Source: a virus
Virus record (IMG/VR): IMGVR_UViG_3300050034_000187
Span: 131,762-195,761 of that record
Length of the DNA stretch: 64,000 nucleotides
Reading direction: 5' to 3' (one strand)
Program-made: the position numbers and the translations under genes
The notes under the pieces: generated by a model
Told to the model about the DNA's origin: nothing
Database searches by the model: none
The model's input: only the letters and a program-made list of their open reading frames with translations
Part shown: piece after piece, positions 48,002 to 56,695 of the stretch
How positions within the stretch are numbered: the first letter of the stretch is position 1
How the letters are laid out: every line of letters starts with the position of its first letter

Positions 48002-48202
48002 ATGAAAGTGAAATATTATCATTTATTTTCATCTACTGAGCGCATACATAACCAATATGGAATAATCAAAGATAATATATTTGTTAGTGAGAAAGTAATT
48101 ATTCCATATTGGGTAATAAATACATGGATAGAACAATGCCTCGATGTTAAATTTGAAGAAATATCCGAGGAAGAATACTTGCAGTGGAGAATGGAATTAT
48201 GA
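48002..48202 (+). CDS. C-terminal-tag family
   Basis: ISEEEYLQWRMEL. Confidence 0.78.
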   Translation: MKVKYYHLFSSTERIHNQYGIIKDNIFVSEKVIIPYWVINTWIEQCLDVKFEEISEEEYLQWRMEL

Positions 48203-48450
48203 GATTTAATAGTATTGAAGAAGCACATTTGCCGTCTGGAGAAATTATCAAAGTCGGAGATTATGTGATCGAATCAAGAGGAGATAATAGTTTTGGAAAA
48301 GTCGAGTCTCTGGATGAAATTGATGGAACAATCTTAATTATGTACGAAACTCCGCATGGAACCGAAAATGTAGATAACGATTGCGCATATTCAAATTTAA
48401 GTGAGAAGATAAGCGAAGAAGAGTTTTTGCAATATTGCATGGAGGAATAA
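48199..48450 (+). CDS. C-terminal-tag family
   Basis: IKVGDYV…ISEEEFLQYCMEE. Confidence 0.8.
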   Translation: MRFNSIEEAHLPSGEIIKVGDYVIESRGDNSFGKVESLDEIDGTILIMYETPHGTENVDNDCAYSNLSEKISEEEFLQYCMEE

Positions 48451-48453
48451 TTT

Positions 48454-48981
48454 ATGGCAACATGGTTTACATCTGATCCTCATTTTTATCATATTTCAAT
48501 TATTAAATTGTGCAACCGCCCATTTAATAATTTCGAAGAGATGAATGAAACTTTAATTAAAAATTGGAATAATGCGGTACATAAAAATGATACAATCTAT
48601 TGTCAGGGAGACTTCGCACTTAAATGTACGCAAGCCCAAGCACAGCAGATTTTGTCAAGATTAAACGGAAAAAAGATTCTTTTAGTTGGGAATCATGATA
48701 AAGTGAGTATTCAATTAAATGGATGGGATAAAATTTTATATGCTGATATGATAAAGGATAATCATATTCGTTATTATCTTTCTCATTATCCACTAATGCA
48801 ATTTCCAAAATCATATGTGAGTGTACATGGTCATTGCCATGGAAATCTTGCACAAAGTAAGAAGAGGATCGATGTTGGGGTTGATTCAAATCAATATGTG
48901 CCTATTAGTTTTGAACAACTTCGATTGAAACTTTTACAATATGAAGAAGGAGATTATCCTGATTCTACGGTCTTCAAATAA
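48454..48981 (+). CDS. calcineurin-like metallophosphoesterase
   Basis: SDPHFYH, GDF, GNHD, HYP, HGHCH, DVGVD. Confidence 0.92.
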   Translation: MATWFTSDPHFYHISIIKLCNRPFNNFEEMNETLIKNWNNAVHKNDTIYCQGDFALKCTQAQAQQILSRLNGKKILLVGNHDKVSIQLNGWDKILYADMIKDNHIRYYLSHYPLMQFPKSYVSVHGHCHGNLAQSKKRIDVGVDSNQYVPISFEQLRLKLLQYEEGDYPDSTVFK

Positions 48982-49033
48982 TAGTTGACATCTTCCTACT
49001 ATTTTGATATTATTGTTGATAGAGGGAGCCGCC

Positions 49034-50362
49034 ATGAAAAACACCGCTTTTGAAATTGTTAAAGAACTGAAGGAATCTGGATTCTCCGCCTTTATCGTTG
49101 GGGGAGCTTGCCGGAACATTCTGCTTGGTCTTACTCCCAAGGATTTTGATATTTGTACGAATGCTACTCCAGATCAGGTTCATGCTATTTTTCCTGATTC
49201 CGGCTTTATTGGAGAAGCTTTCGGTGTCTCTTTGGTTAAGCGCAATGGATTTTCTTTCGAGGTGGCAACGTTCCGCAAGGAATCTTATGATTCTAACGGA
49301 GATAATCGTCATCCAGATAATGTTGATCTGGTTAATAATGTCGAAGAAGACCTCGGCAGACGTGATCTGACTGTTAATTCTATTATCATGGACGAAAACG
49401 AAAAGTTCATTGATTTCTTTGGCGGAATGGAAGATATCAAGAACAAGATTGTCCGCGCAATTGGTGATCCGAATATTCGTTTTAAGGAAGATGCCCTTCG
49501 CATTCTTCGAGCAGTTCGATTTGCAACGGTTCTTGATTTTACCATTGAAGAGAATACTCTTAATTCCATCAAGGAAAATGGGTTCCGTCTGGAAAATATT
49601 TCAATTGAGCGTATTCGCGAAGAGTTTATGAAGATCATCACTTCGCCCAATGCTGCAAAGGGGCTTACTATCCTCAAGGAAGCGGGGCTTCTTCGGTTTG
49701 TTATGCCGGAGCTTATCTCTCTTATCGGATGCAAGCAGGGTGCCGAGAATCATCCAGAAGGAGACGTTTTCAATCACACGGTGAAAATGTTTCTGGTAAA
49801 TACTGAAAAGCTTACTCCCAATCTTGCTCTTGGAATGATTCTGCATGATATCGGCAAGCCATCTACTCAGAATATTACCGAAAATGGCAAGATTCAATTT
49901 ATAGGTCATGAAAAGGTTGGAGCAGGTATCGCAGTTAACATTCTTCGTCGTATGAAGTTTGATAAGGATACTATCAATGTGGTATCTTCTCATGTTCGGA
50001 ATCATATGATGTTTATGAATGTGATGCATATGAAGAAGAGCAAGGTGGTTCGTTTTTGCCGTCATCGTAATTTTGAAGAACTGATGCAGCTTGGTCTTTT
50101 TGATTCTCTGGCAAGCAATGGACTTCTTGAAAATATTCAGTTTATTCATGATTTCTTTGAAGAGAATACCGATAAGATCAATGCTACTCCGCTGGTAAAT
50201 GGCAACGATCTTCTTGCTCTTGGTTTCAAGGCTGGTGCAGAATTCAAAAAGGTACTTGAGAAGACGGAAGACGCTTTTCTGGATGATCGATTTACTACAA
50301 AAGAAGAGCTTCTTTCTTTTGCAGAACATGTCGCCAAGTCTATGAAAGTGGAGAGGAGTTAA
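49034..50362 (+). CDS. cca: CCA-adding tRNA nucleotidyltransferase with HD domain
   Basis: VGGACR…KDFD, EVATFR, DLGRRDLTVN, RFKEDALRILRAVRF, SIERIREE, HPEGDV..HT, LHDIGK. Confidence 0.92.
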   Translation: MKNTAFEIVKELKESGFSAFIVGGACRNILLGLTPKDFDICTNATPDQVHAIFPDSGFIGEAFGVSLVKRNGFSFEVATFRKESYDSNGDNRHPDNVDLVNNVEEDLGRRDLTVNSIIMDENEKFIDFFGGMEDIKNKIVRAIGDPNIRFKEDALRILRAVRFATVLDFTIEENTLNSIKENGFRLENISIERIREEFMKIITSPNAAKGLTILKEAGLLRFVMPELISLIGCKQGAENHPEGDVFNHTVKMFLVNTEKLTPNLALGMILHDIGKPSTQNITENGKIQFIGHEKVGAGIAVNILRRMKFDKDTINVVSSHVRNHMMFMNVMHMKKSKVVRFCRHRNFEELMQLGLFDSLASNGLLENIQFIHDFFEENTDKINATPLVNGNDLLALGFKAGAEFKKVLEKTEDAFLDDRFTTKEELLSFAEHVAKSMKVERS

Positions 50363-50611
50363 ATGATACTGGGCGATGGAAATGACGGAACCTATGGAGA
50401 TATGGTACGGATTAATGATCCGTACCAATTCCCGGAATATACTTATCATAAGAATATGATTGGAATTATAACCGCCATTTATTATCCAAGTGTATATGTA
50501 AAATGGTTGTCATGTGATAATAGCAATTCCCGCATTACTAATTCAGTCACACCAAAATCATTGGAATTGTTAAGTGAGGAAGAAGCTTTACAATATAGGA
50601 TGGAATTGTGA
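50363..50611 (+). CDS. C-terminal-tag family
   Basis: YGDMV…LSEEEALQYRMEL. Confidence 0.8.
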   Translation: MILGDGNDGTYGDMVRINDPYQFPEYTYHKNMIGIITAIYYPSVYVKWLSCDNSNSRITNSVTPKSLELLSEEEALQYRMEL

Positions 50612-50797
50612 ATGGTGAAAATTGGTGATTATGTTAGATTTAACGTTGACAACACTTATATTATATGTAAAGTTGAATTTATTAACGTTTTTGGAGAAGC
50701 AAGTTTGTCTACTAACGGGGCCATTTATTACTACCAAGGCTATGAAATGGAAAAATTGACGGAAGAAGAAATACTTGAATACAAAATGGAATTATAG
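50612..50797 (+). CDS. C-terminal-tag family
   Basis: VKIGDYV…LTEEEILEYKMEL. Confidence 0.8.
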   Translation: MVKIGDYVRFNVDNTYIICKVEFINVFGEASLSTNGAIYYYQGYEMEKLTEEEILEYKMEL

Positions 50798-50806
50798 GAG
50801 AGTTTT

Positions 50807-51025
50807 ATGCAAACAAATGATTATGTACGAGCATATCTATTTGGAACACATCCAAAGCAAATGATTATTGGGAAACTGATTACGCCAGATTCGGAAGGTG
50901 GGTGGACCATTAGCTATAGAAACATGAATAATAATCCAGAGAAAGAACGATACATTTATCGTCCAGAAGCAGACATTGAATTACTATCAGATGAGGAAAT
51001 TGTTCAATATAAAATGGAGGAATAA
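50807..51025 (+). CDS. C-terminal-tag family
   Basis: MQTNDYV…LSDEEIVQYKMEE. Confidence 0.8.
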   Translation: MQTNDYVRAYLFGTHPKQMIIGKLITPDSEGGWTISYRNMNNNPEKERYIYRPEADIELLSDEEIVQYKMEE

Positions 51026-51153
51026 TGGAAGACTTTGAAGAAGATTATTACGATACCGAGGATGATGAAAATTCTCTTATTCAAAAAGAATCAAAAGAAA
51101 ATTTAAAGGAAACTCGCAGAGATGAATATTATGACGAGTTTGATCAATATTAA
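51025..51153 (+). CDS. 42-aa highly acidic peptide
   Basis: Hand translation MEDFEEDYYDTEDDENSLIQKESKENLKETRRDEYYDEFDQY; GGAGG SD from the upstream tag. Confidence 0.5.
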   Translation: MEDFEEDYYDTEDDENSLIQKESKENLKETRRDEYYDEFDQY

Positions 51154-51155
51154 TT

Positions 51156-51386
51156 ATGACTCGGATATTATCTGCGTCGTCTGATCTTCTCGGAAAGCAT
51201 TGTTATGTGAATGCCCGGTATCTCGACGGTCCAAAAGTTGGGAAAATTATTGAATGCTGTGGCGACCACGTATATTTTAGATGTGTTTGTGGGAGTGAAT
51301 CTAATATCAGTTTTCGAGTAGTATCATTTGAAGAAATATATCTTTTATCAGATGAAGAATATTTACAATATTGCATGGAGGACTAG
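51156..51386 (+). CDS. C-terminal-tag family
   Basis: LSDEEYLQYCMED. Confidence 0.78.
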   Translation: MTRILSASSDLLGKHCYVNARYLDGPKVGKIIECCGDHVYFRCVCGSESNISFRVVSFEEIYLLSDEEYLQYCMED

Positions 51387-51387
51387 T

Positions 51388-51639
51388 TTGGAATTAATAG
51401 CATCTACCACAAATACCAAGAAAGGTGAGTATGTTTGGGTAAAATCCATTGTATATGATGATAAGTTTTATGTTGGCGTGATAACTGAATGTTATTCAGA
51501 ATGGTTGGAAATTCATCTTGAAAATTATATCAATGATAATAGCGCAATTTATGGAAATGATATAACCAGAAAAATATATGATAGCACTGTCTATAAAATG
51601 AGTGATGAGGAGTACTTACAATGGCAGATGGAACAATGA
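51388..51639 (+). CDS. C-terminal-tag family (TTG start inferred)
   Basis: KKGEYV…MSDEEYLQWQMEQ. Confidence 0.75.
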   Translation: MELIASTTNTKKGEYVWVKSIVYDDKFYVGVITECYSEWLEIHLENYINDNSAIYGNDITRKIYDSTVYKMSDEEYLQWQMEQ

Positions 51640-51866
51640 AAATTTGGGAATGTAAAATTGGCGGAATTGATTTACCTAACCTTCCATCTGGTGCTGATGG
51701 TCCTATGAGAAATGCTATTGAGAAAGCGTATTATGATTTAACTGGGAAGTATCCGGATTTTAATTTTTCTGGATGGGGGGCAAATCTTACAAAAGAAGAA
51801 CGAAAATGCGTTTTCTCATCAGAAGATTCTAGATATTACGATGAAAGGACTGGAAAATATGATTGA
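51636..51866 (+). CDS. hypothetical protein
   Basis: WECKIGG…LPSGADGPMR.A.E.AY…FSGWG. Confidence 0.6.
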   Translation: MKIWECKIGGIDLPNLPSGADGPMRNAIEKAYYDLTGKYPDFNFSGWGANLTKEERKCVFSSEDSRYYDERTGKYD

Positions 51867-52302
51867 TAGCTACGGGAATGAATTGAATAAAGGCGATATT
51901 ATTCTTCTAACGGAGATCACTGATCCCGATGGCATCAAAGATGCACCATATATTGTTAGCGATGTATGGCAAGATGATTTAATTGTGTTTTTGTCTTTAA
52001 CAGATAATACAGATAGGTATGTGTTTCAGAGGCACATTGCTCCTTCAATTAGCGATGGACTTCAATATTCTATTATTAAATTGCATCAAATAAATTTACA
52101 AGTGGTATCAAATTTTTCATCCGGAGATTTTGTTAAATTTTTTGATAATACACAGGAATTCATAGGAAATATTATATGCAGCACCATCAATCAAAAATAT
52201 TTTGTAATTGAGAATATTTATAACTATCAATTTGTTAGACGGCGAGAAGATATTTCAATATTATCAGAAGAAGAACAGTTTCAATATCAAATGGAACAAT
52301 AG
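51859..52302 (+). CDS. C-terminal-tag family (two domains)
   Basis: DSYGNELNKGDII…FSSGDFV…LSEEEQFQYQMEQ. Confidence 0.8.
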   Translation: MIDSYGNELNKGDIILLTEITDPDGIKDAPYIVSDVWQDDLIVFLSLTDNTDRYVFQRHIAPSISDGLQYSIIKLHQINLQVVSNFSSGDFVKFFDNTQEFIGNIICSTINQKYFVIENIYNYQFVRRREDISILSEEEQFQYQMEQ

Positions 52303-52311
52303 GAGAATAAT

Positions 52312-52476
52312 ATGCCAATTTACGAATATGAATGTAGTAAATGCAATACATCTTTTTCAAAGCTACAAAAAGTTTCAGATAAAGTAATTTGTCCAACTTG
52401 CGGAAATAAACAGCCAGAGCGAGTAGTATCAATTCCAAGTCCTGCTATTTGGAAATGTGATACCGGGACTCTGTAA
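52312..52476 (+). CDS. FmdB-like zinc-ribbon protein
   Basis: Hand translation MPIYEYECSKC…CPTCG…ERVVS; AGGAG SD. Confidence 0.75.
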   Translation: MPIYEYECSKCNTSFSKLQKVSDKVICPTCGNKQPERVVSIPSPAIWKCDTGTL

Positions 52477-52490
52477 GAAGGGAGTTACAT

Positions 52491-53333
52491 ATGAAAATTT
52501 TAATGTTACGGGGATTGCAAGGTTCTGGTAAATCTACCTTTTGTAATAATTTAACTAAGACCGATAAAAATTGGTTGCGGGTGAATCGTGATTCAATTCG
52601 TAAAGATTTCTTTGGAGGAATTTGGTCAAGGGACAGAGAAAAGACGGTTGTTGCCATTGAAAAGAATATGGTGAAAACCATGATAGAAAATGGATTTTCT
52701 GTGGTCATCGATGATACAAACGTAAGTGCTCATAATCAAAATCTTTGGAAGGAGTTTGCAAGAGAATATTCTGCTACCTTTGAAACAAAAATAATGGATA
52801 CTTCGATTGAAGAATGCATTCACCGAGATTCATTGCGAACTGGGTCAGAACGTATTGGTCAAGCTATTATTTGCAAAACTGCGCTATTCAATGATCTTAT
52901 TAATTGGAATAATAAACCAATATTGATTGTAGATTTAGATGGAACGATAGCAGATGGTTCTCACCGAGAGCAATATCTATTACCAGAAAAGAAAAACTGG
53001 AATATGTATTTTTCGTTGATGAGTAAAGATTCTCCCATTGAGAAGAATATTGCAATTGTAAAAGAATTAGCAAAAACTCATACTATTTGTGTGGTAACTG
53101 GACGGCCAGATACTTATCAATATGACACGATTGATTGGATTCGTAAAATCGCAAAACTTGAATTTGATTATATTTTCATGCGATCAAGCAATGACCGGCG
53201 TCCAGATTACGTTGTGAAGGGAGAAATCGTTTCTCATATTCCCATTACAAATATTGCAACAACGGCCATTGATGACAAAGAATCTGTTATCGAGGCTTAT
53301 AAAAAACTTGGTATCAACGTTATTCATGCATGA
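52491..53333 (+). CDS. pseT: polynucleotide 5'-kinase/3'-phosphatase (PseT-like)
   Basis: GLQGSGKST, NRDSIR, IDDTN, HAD motif VDLDGT, VTGRP, IDD. Confidence 0.9.
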   Translation: MKILMLRGLQGSGKSTFCNNLTKTDKNWLRVNRDSIRKDFFGGIWSRDREKTVVAIEKNMVKTMIENGFSVVIDDTNVSAHNQNLWKEFAREYSATFETKIMDTSIEECIHRDSLRTGSERIGQAIICKTALFNDLINWNNKPILIVDLDGTIADGSHREQYLLPEKKNWNMYFSLMSKDSPIEKNIAIVKELAKTHTICVVTGRPDTYQYDTIDWIRKIAKLEFDYIFMRSSNDRRPDYVVKGEIVSHIPITNIATTAIDDKESVIEAYKKLGINVIHA

Positions 53334-53386
53334 AAAATATCTAAATATAGGTAGGAATTTTCCTACCTATATTTTTGGAGAAAATA

Positions 53387-54418
53387 ATGCATACTCTTTT
53401 CGAATGGAAGTCATCACAAATTTTACATACCATTTCGGTATATTCAAATCCACTTCGCTCACAAACACGAAAAAACTCTTTTCAATTATTTCTAAATCAA
53501 TTTAAACATACTTCAAATATTAAATTATACATTGTCGAAATTGCATATGGTGATCGTCCATTTGAGATTCCGCATGACAACTATTATAATGTAATTCAAT
53601 TAAGAGCAAAAGATATTGTTTGGACTAAAGAAAATGCTATTAATGTTGCAGTTTCTCATCTTCCATCAGATTGGAAATATGCAGCATATATTGATGGAGA
53701 TTTCCACTTTACTCGCGAAGATTGGGCACTAGAAGCGATTGAAAAGATGCAGCACTATGATTGGGTCCAATTGTTCTCTGGATACGCATTCATGACCGCA
53801 GATTATCGCCCGATGTGGTGTCGTCCAAGTTTTGCGTATTGCTATCATAATTATTTTAAATGTGATCGAAATAAACTCGCGGCAGTTGCTCAACCACTCA
53901 TTACTTCTTCTAGCGATGATATTGCTTATTCAAAATCATATAATGGTCCAAATATTGGTGCTGTTGGCGGTGCTTGGGCATGGACAAAAGAATCTTTTGA
54001 AAATGTATGTGGAATGATTGATTTTTGCGTATTAGGATCAGGAGATTTATTTACTGCACTTGGCTTGGTTGGTTGTCCTTTTAATAATAGAGAAGAAATT
54101 ATTCATTGCGATCCGGCTTATGTGAATTCTATTATACATTGGACTGATAATGCGTATAATGTTGTACGAGGAAATATCGGATATATTGATAATTTTATTA
54201 CTCACACATGGCACGGTGATCTTCGCAATCGTGGTTATGAGACTCGTTGGAAGATTTTGGAAGATAATAAATTTGACCCAAATGCAGATATATGCTATGA
54301 TGATCAAGGATTAGTTATATGGAAAGGAAACAAATCAAAATTACGGGATGATGTCCGTCAATATTTTCTATCAAGAAATGAAGATAGTTCATATTGTTCA
54401 TATGAGGCATTATATTAA
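53387..54418 (+). CDS. glycosyltransferase-like protein (GT-A fold)
   Basis: WTKENAIN…WKYAAYIDGD (DxD), GGAWA, GSGD, HTWHG. Confidence 0.65.
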   Translation: MHTLFEWKSSQILHTISVYSNPLRSQTRKNSFQLFLNQFKHTSNIKLYIVEIAYGDRPFEIPHDNYYNVIQLRAKDIVWTKENAINVAVSHLPSDWKYAAYIDGDFHFTREDWALEAIEKMQHYDWVQLFSGYAFMTADYRPMWCRPSFAYCYHNYFKCDRNKLAAVAQPLITSSSDDIAYSKSYNGPNIGAVGGAWAWTKESFENVCGMIDFCVLGSGDLFTALGLVGCPFNNREEIIHCDPAYVNSIIHWTDNAYNVVRGNIGYIDNFITHTWHGDLRNRGYETRWKILEDNKFDPNADICYDDQGLVIWKGNKSKLRDDVRQYFLSRNEDSSYCSYEALY

Positions 54419-54426
54419 GGAGATTT

Positions 54427-55248
54427 ATGTTATTTTTTGCAAGTGGTCCGAGATATAATTATTGGTCTGAAAGCAGATTGGCTAGATTCTTATTAAAAGG
54501 ATCTAAGCCACGTTCTGCAACTGCCGAAGAGTGGGATGAATGGACTATGAATATTAAAATAAAACATCCCATTCGATATTGGATTGCAGACACCGGGTTG
54601 ATATTTGCACAAGATGTTTGCATGCTCCCTCTTGATATATATCATATCATTCATACTTATATCAATAATAGATATATATCAAAAATTCACGCACTTACCG
54701 CCACTTCGAAACATTTGAAGAGAGGACAATATTATGACATTGATACTCGTATGTTTTATTGTCTATTTGATACTTTAGTAAAATATGTCGAGAGCGAAGT
54801 TGCTCATATGAGTGTATGGAGTAACGGGAGTGATGAAAGCAAAAATAAAAAATATAAATTCAAACATGGCAGATGCAAAGAAGCTGGAATTGATTATTTA
54901 AACTGGGAAAAATCACTATTATTAGATAAGGAAATGGGAACTGCCATTGATTCTCCATTTTATAACACTCCAACGGATCAAGCTTTCAAAGCTATGAAAG
55001 TTTTAGAATTATATACTTGGTATACAGAAGTATATGAAAATAGAAAATCATCTTACGTATTATCTGGCTTGGAAGAATATGATAAAAATCATCCACGAAC
55101 GGCTGATTTATTATCCGGGATGGGTAACACCAATAAAGATAAATCAAATCTTTTAAATAAAATGAGAGATATTGATACTCAATATGAAAAAGAAGAAGAT
55201 AATAAACTTCTTGAATTGATTAAACTTCGAAGAAGTCTATGGACTTAA
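54427..55248 (+). CDS. phage hypothetical protein
   Basis: AAGGAG SD; ends LIKLRRSLWT. Confidence 0.7.
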   Translation: MLFFASGPRYNYWSESRLARFLLKGSKPRSATAEEWDEWTMNIKIKHPIRYWIADTGLIFAQDVCMLPLDIYHIIHTYINNRYISKIHALTATSKHLKRGQYYDIDTRMFYCLFDTLVKYVESEVAHMSVWSNGSDESKNKKYKFKHGRCKEAGIDYLNWEKSLLLDKEMGTAIDSPFYNTPTDQAFKAMKVLELYTWYTEVYENRKSSYVLSGLEEYDKNHPRTADLLSGMGNTNKDKSNLLNKMRDIDTQYEKEEDNKLLELIKLRRSLWT

Positions 55249-55276
55249 AAATCCCCACCAATTGGTGGGGATTTTC
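55247..55276. terminator. palindromic (possibly bidirectional) terminator
   Basis: AAAATCCCCACCAATTGGTGGGGATTTT perfect inverted repeat. Confidence 0.75.
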
Positions 55277-55320
55277 TTTTATATAAAAGATAAATATCTC
55301 TTAGTGAGGTATTATTTATT

Positions 55321-56502
55321 ATGCCAGTACCAGAAGAAAATATATCATCTGATTTATTCAATTTTTTAACAACTCGTTTTTCTCTTGGACCGGGAATTGA
55401 TGAGAGCGGAAAAACTGTTACTAAACCAGAAGACATTAAAGTTTTTACTTTTGATTTTGTTACTAAAAATAAAAAAGATAGTGGTTGTGTTGTTATTAGT
55501 TTATTAGATGATTCTTCTAGTATTAATTCAGTTAAAATATATTTTGGAAAAGAGTTATCTGATTTATCTGGAGAAGCACAAGATGAATGGTATGCTTTTC
55601 TTCAGCAAATACGACAATTTGCTAAAACCCATGTACTTGGGTTTGATGTTAGAAATATTAATAAAAGTACTCTTGAAAAATCTGATTTAGAACCAATGTT
55701 TGAAAGTACCTTTGGTCCCATTGATGGTTCTGTGAAAACCAGCCGTCAACCATTAGATAATATGCAAATTGTCATCAAGCACAATGATAGAATTGATCCA
55801 TCAATTAAAAATGCCCGATCAAGAAGGATAGATAGAATTTATGTAACCACCTCAAATGGAGAACGATTCTTGCTTCCCTTTAAATCATTGCTTGCTGCGA
55901 GAGCAATGGCCCGACACATTGATAATGGTGGTCTTCCGTATGATTCCATCGGAAAATCAATTGTATCGCTTGTGGATGAATTGCAATCCATTCATAAATT
56001 CATTCACACCATGAAGCATAATGCCTCTTCTCCTGAAGAGATATCTGCGCTGGAATCCGGTAAAAATCGATGTATTCAAATCAAAAAAATGCTTTCTAGC
56101 TTAATAAGTGATGGTGGATATAAAAAGAATTCTCCGTCTCTTGCAAATTTAAATCAAGAATTCCCCACAGATGAATATGAATTATTCAATGATCAATCCT
56201 TAGATGAAGAATGCACAGATGCCATCCCTTATATTATGAGAGCATACCATTCTTCCCAACATATTGTAGAAGAAGACGAATTTGATCAATGGATATTATC
56301 AGAAGGTGATAATTTAAGTGGTTATTACCCATCTCCGTTAACTTATGTTACCGCCGATGTTCCTAATAGATTTAGAAGTAAGAAACAATTAAAAAAATTG
56401 CAAAACTTATCAGGAGAAATATCTCCGTTGAGTTTGCTAAATACTCATGATCAGGACGAATCTGATTCGGTTCCATCAAGTAAAAAAGGAACATTTGAAT
56501 AG
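55321..56502 (+). CDS. late hypothetical protein
   Basis: 393 aa; TAAATA upstream; GERFLLPF….ARAMARH…GG.PYD. Confidence 0.7.
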   Translation: MPVPEENISSDLFNFLTTRFSLGPGIDESGKTVTKPEDIKVFTFDFVTKNKKDSGCVVISLLDDSSSINSVKIYFGKELSDLSGEAQDEWYAFLQQIRQFAKTHVLGFDVRNINKSTLEKSDLEPMFESTFGPIDGSVKTSRQPLDNMQIVIKHNDRIDPSIKNARSRRIDRIYVTTSNGERFLLPFKSLLAARAMARHIDNGGLPYDSIGKSIVSLVDELQSIHKFIHTMKHNASSPEEISALESGKNRCIQIKKMLSSLISDGGYKKNSPSLANLNQEFPTDEYELFNDQSLDEECTDAIPYIMRAYHSSQHIVEEDEFDQWILSEGDNLSGYYPSPLTYVTADVPNRFRSKKQLKKLQNLSGEISPLSLLNTHDQDESDSVPSSKKGTFE

Positions 56503-56598
56503 TTAATTTTTGTTTGATAAGATAAATAAGTAATAGGGAAGTTAAAACTTCCCTCAGAAAAAGAAACATTTGAATAGTTAATTTTTGGTTGATATACT
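56484..56598 (+). repeat. ~36-bp direct repeat forming tandem duplicated promoters of the SSB gene
   Basis: AACATTTGAATAGTTAATTTTTG(T/G)TTGATA twice, each TTGAAT-17-TAnnnT. Confidence 0.8.
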
Positions 56599-56695
56599 TG
56601 GATAGTAATAAGGAAGGGGAGTAAAAATATAACTTCCAAAACATGGGCAATTAACAATAACCTAATATGGTTTAATTTTAAGGAGAAACAAAATC

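Noticed and set aside
39158-48199. Recurrent MENG…/MDDG… N-termini in the ORF track
   Set aside because: Artefact of reading the upstream tag DNA (CAATGGAAAATGGAG) in another frame. True starts are mostly just after the stop, though 43585 and 47531 remain uncertain.
49601-50449. Long antisense ORFs (282 aa here; also 24481-25092, 35407-35898, 20349-20813)
   Set aside because: They shadow well-supported sense genes and have no motifs or SD.
1438-52302. Diversity-generating retroelement as the source of family diversity
   Set aside because: No reverse transcriptase in the window, and paralog differences are not confined to adenines of a template repeat.
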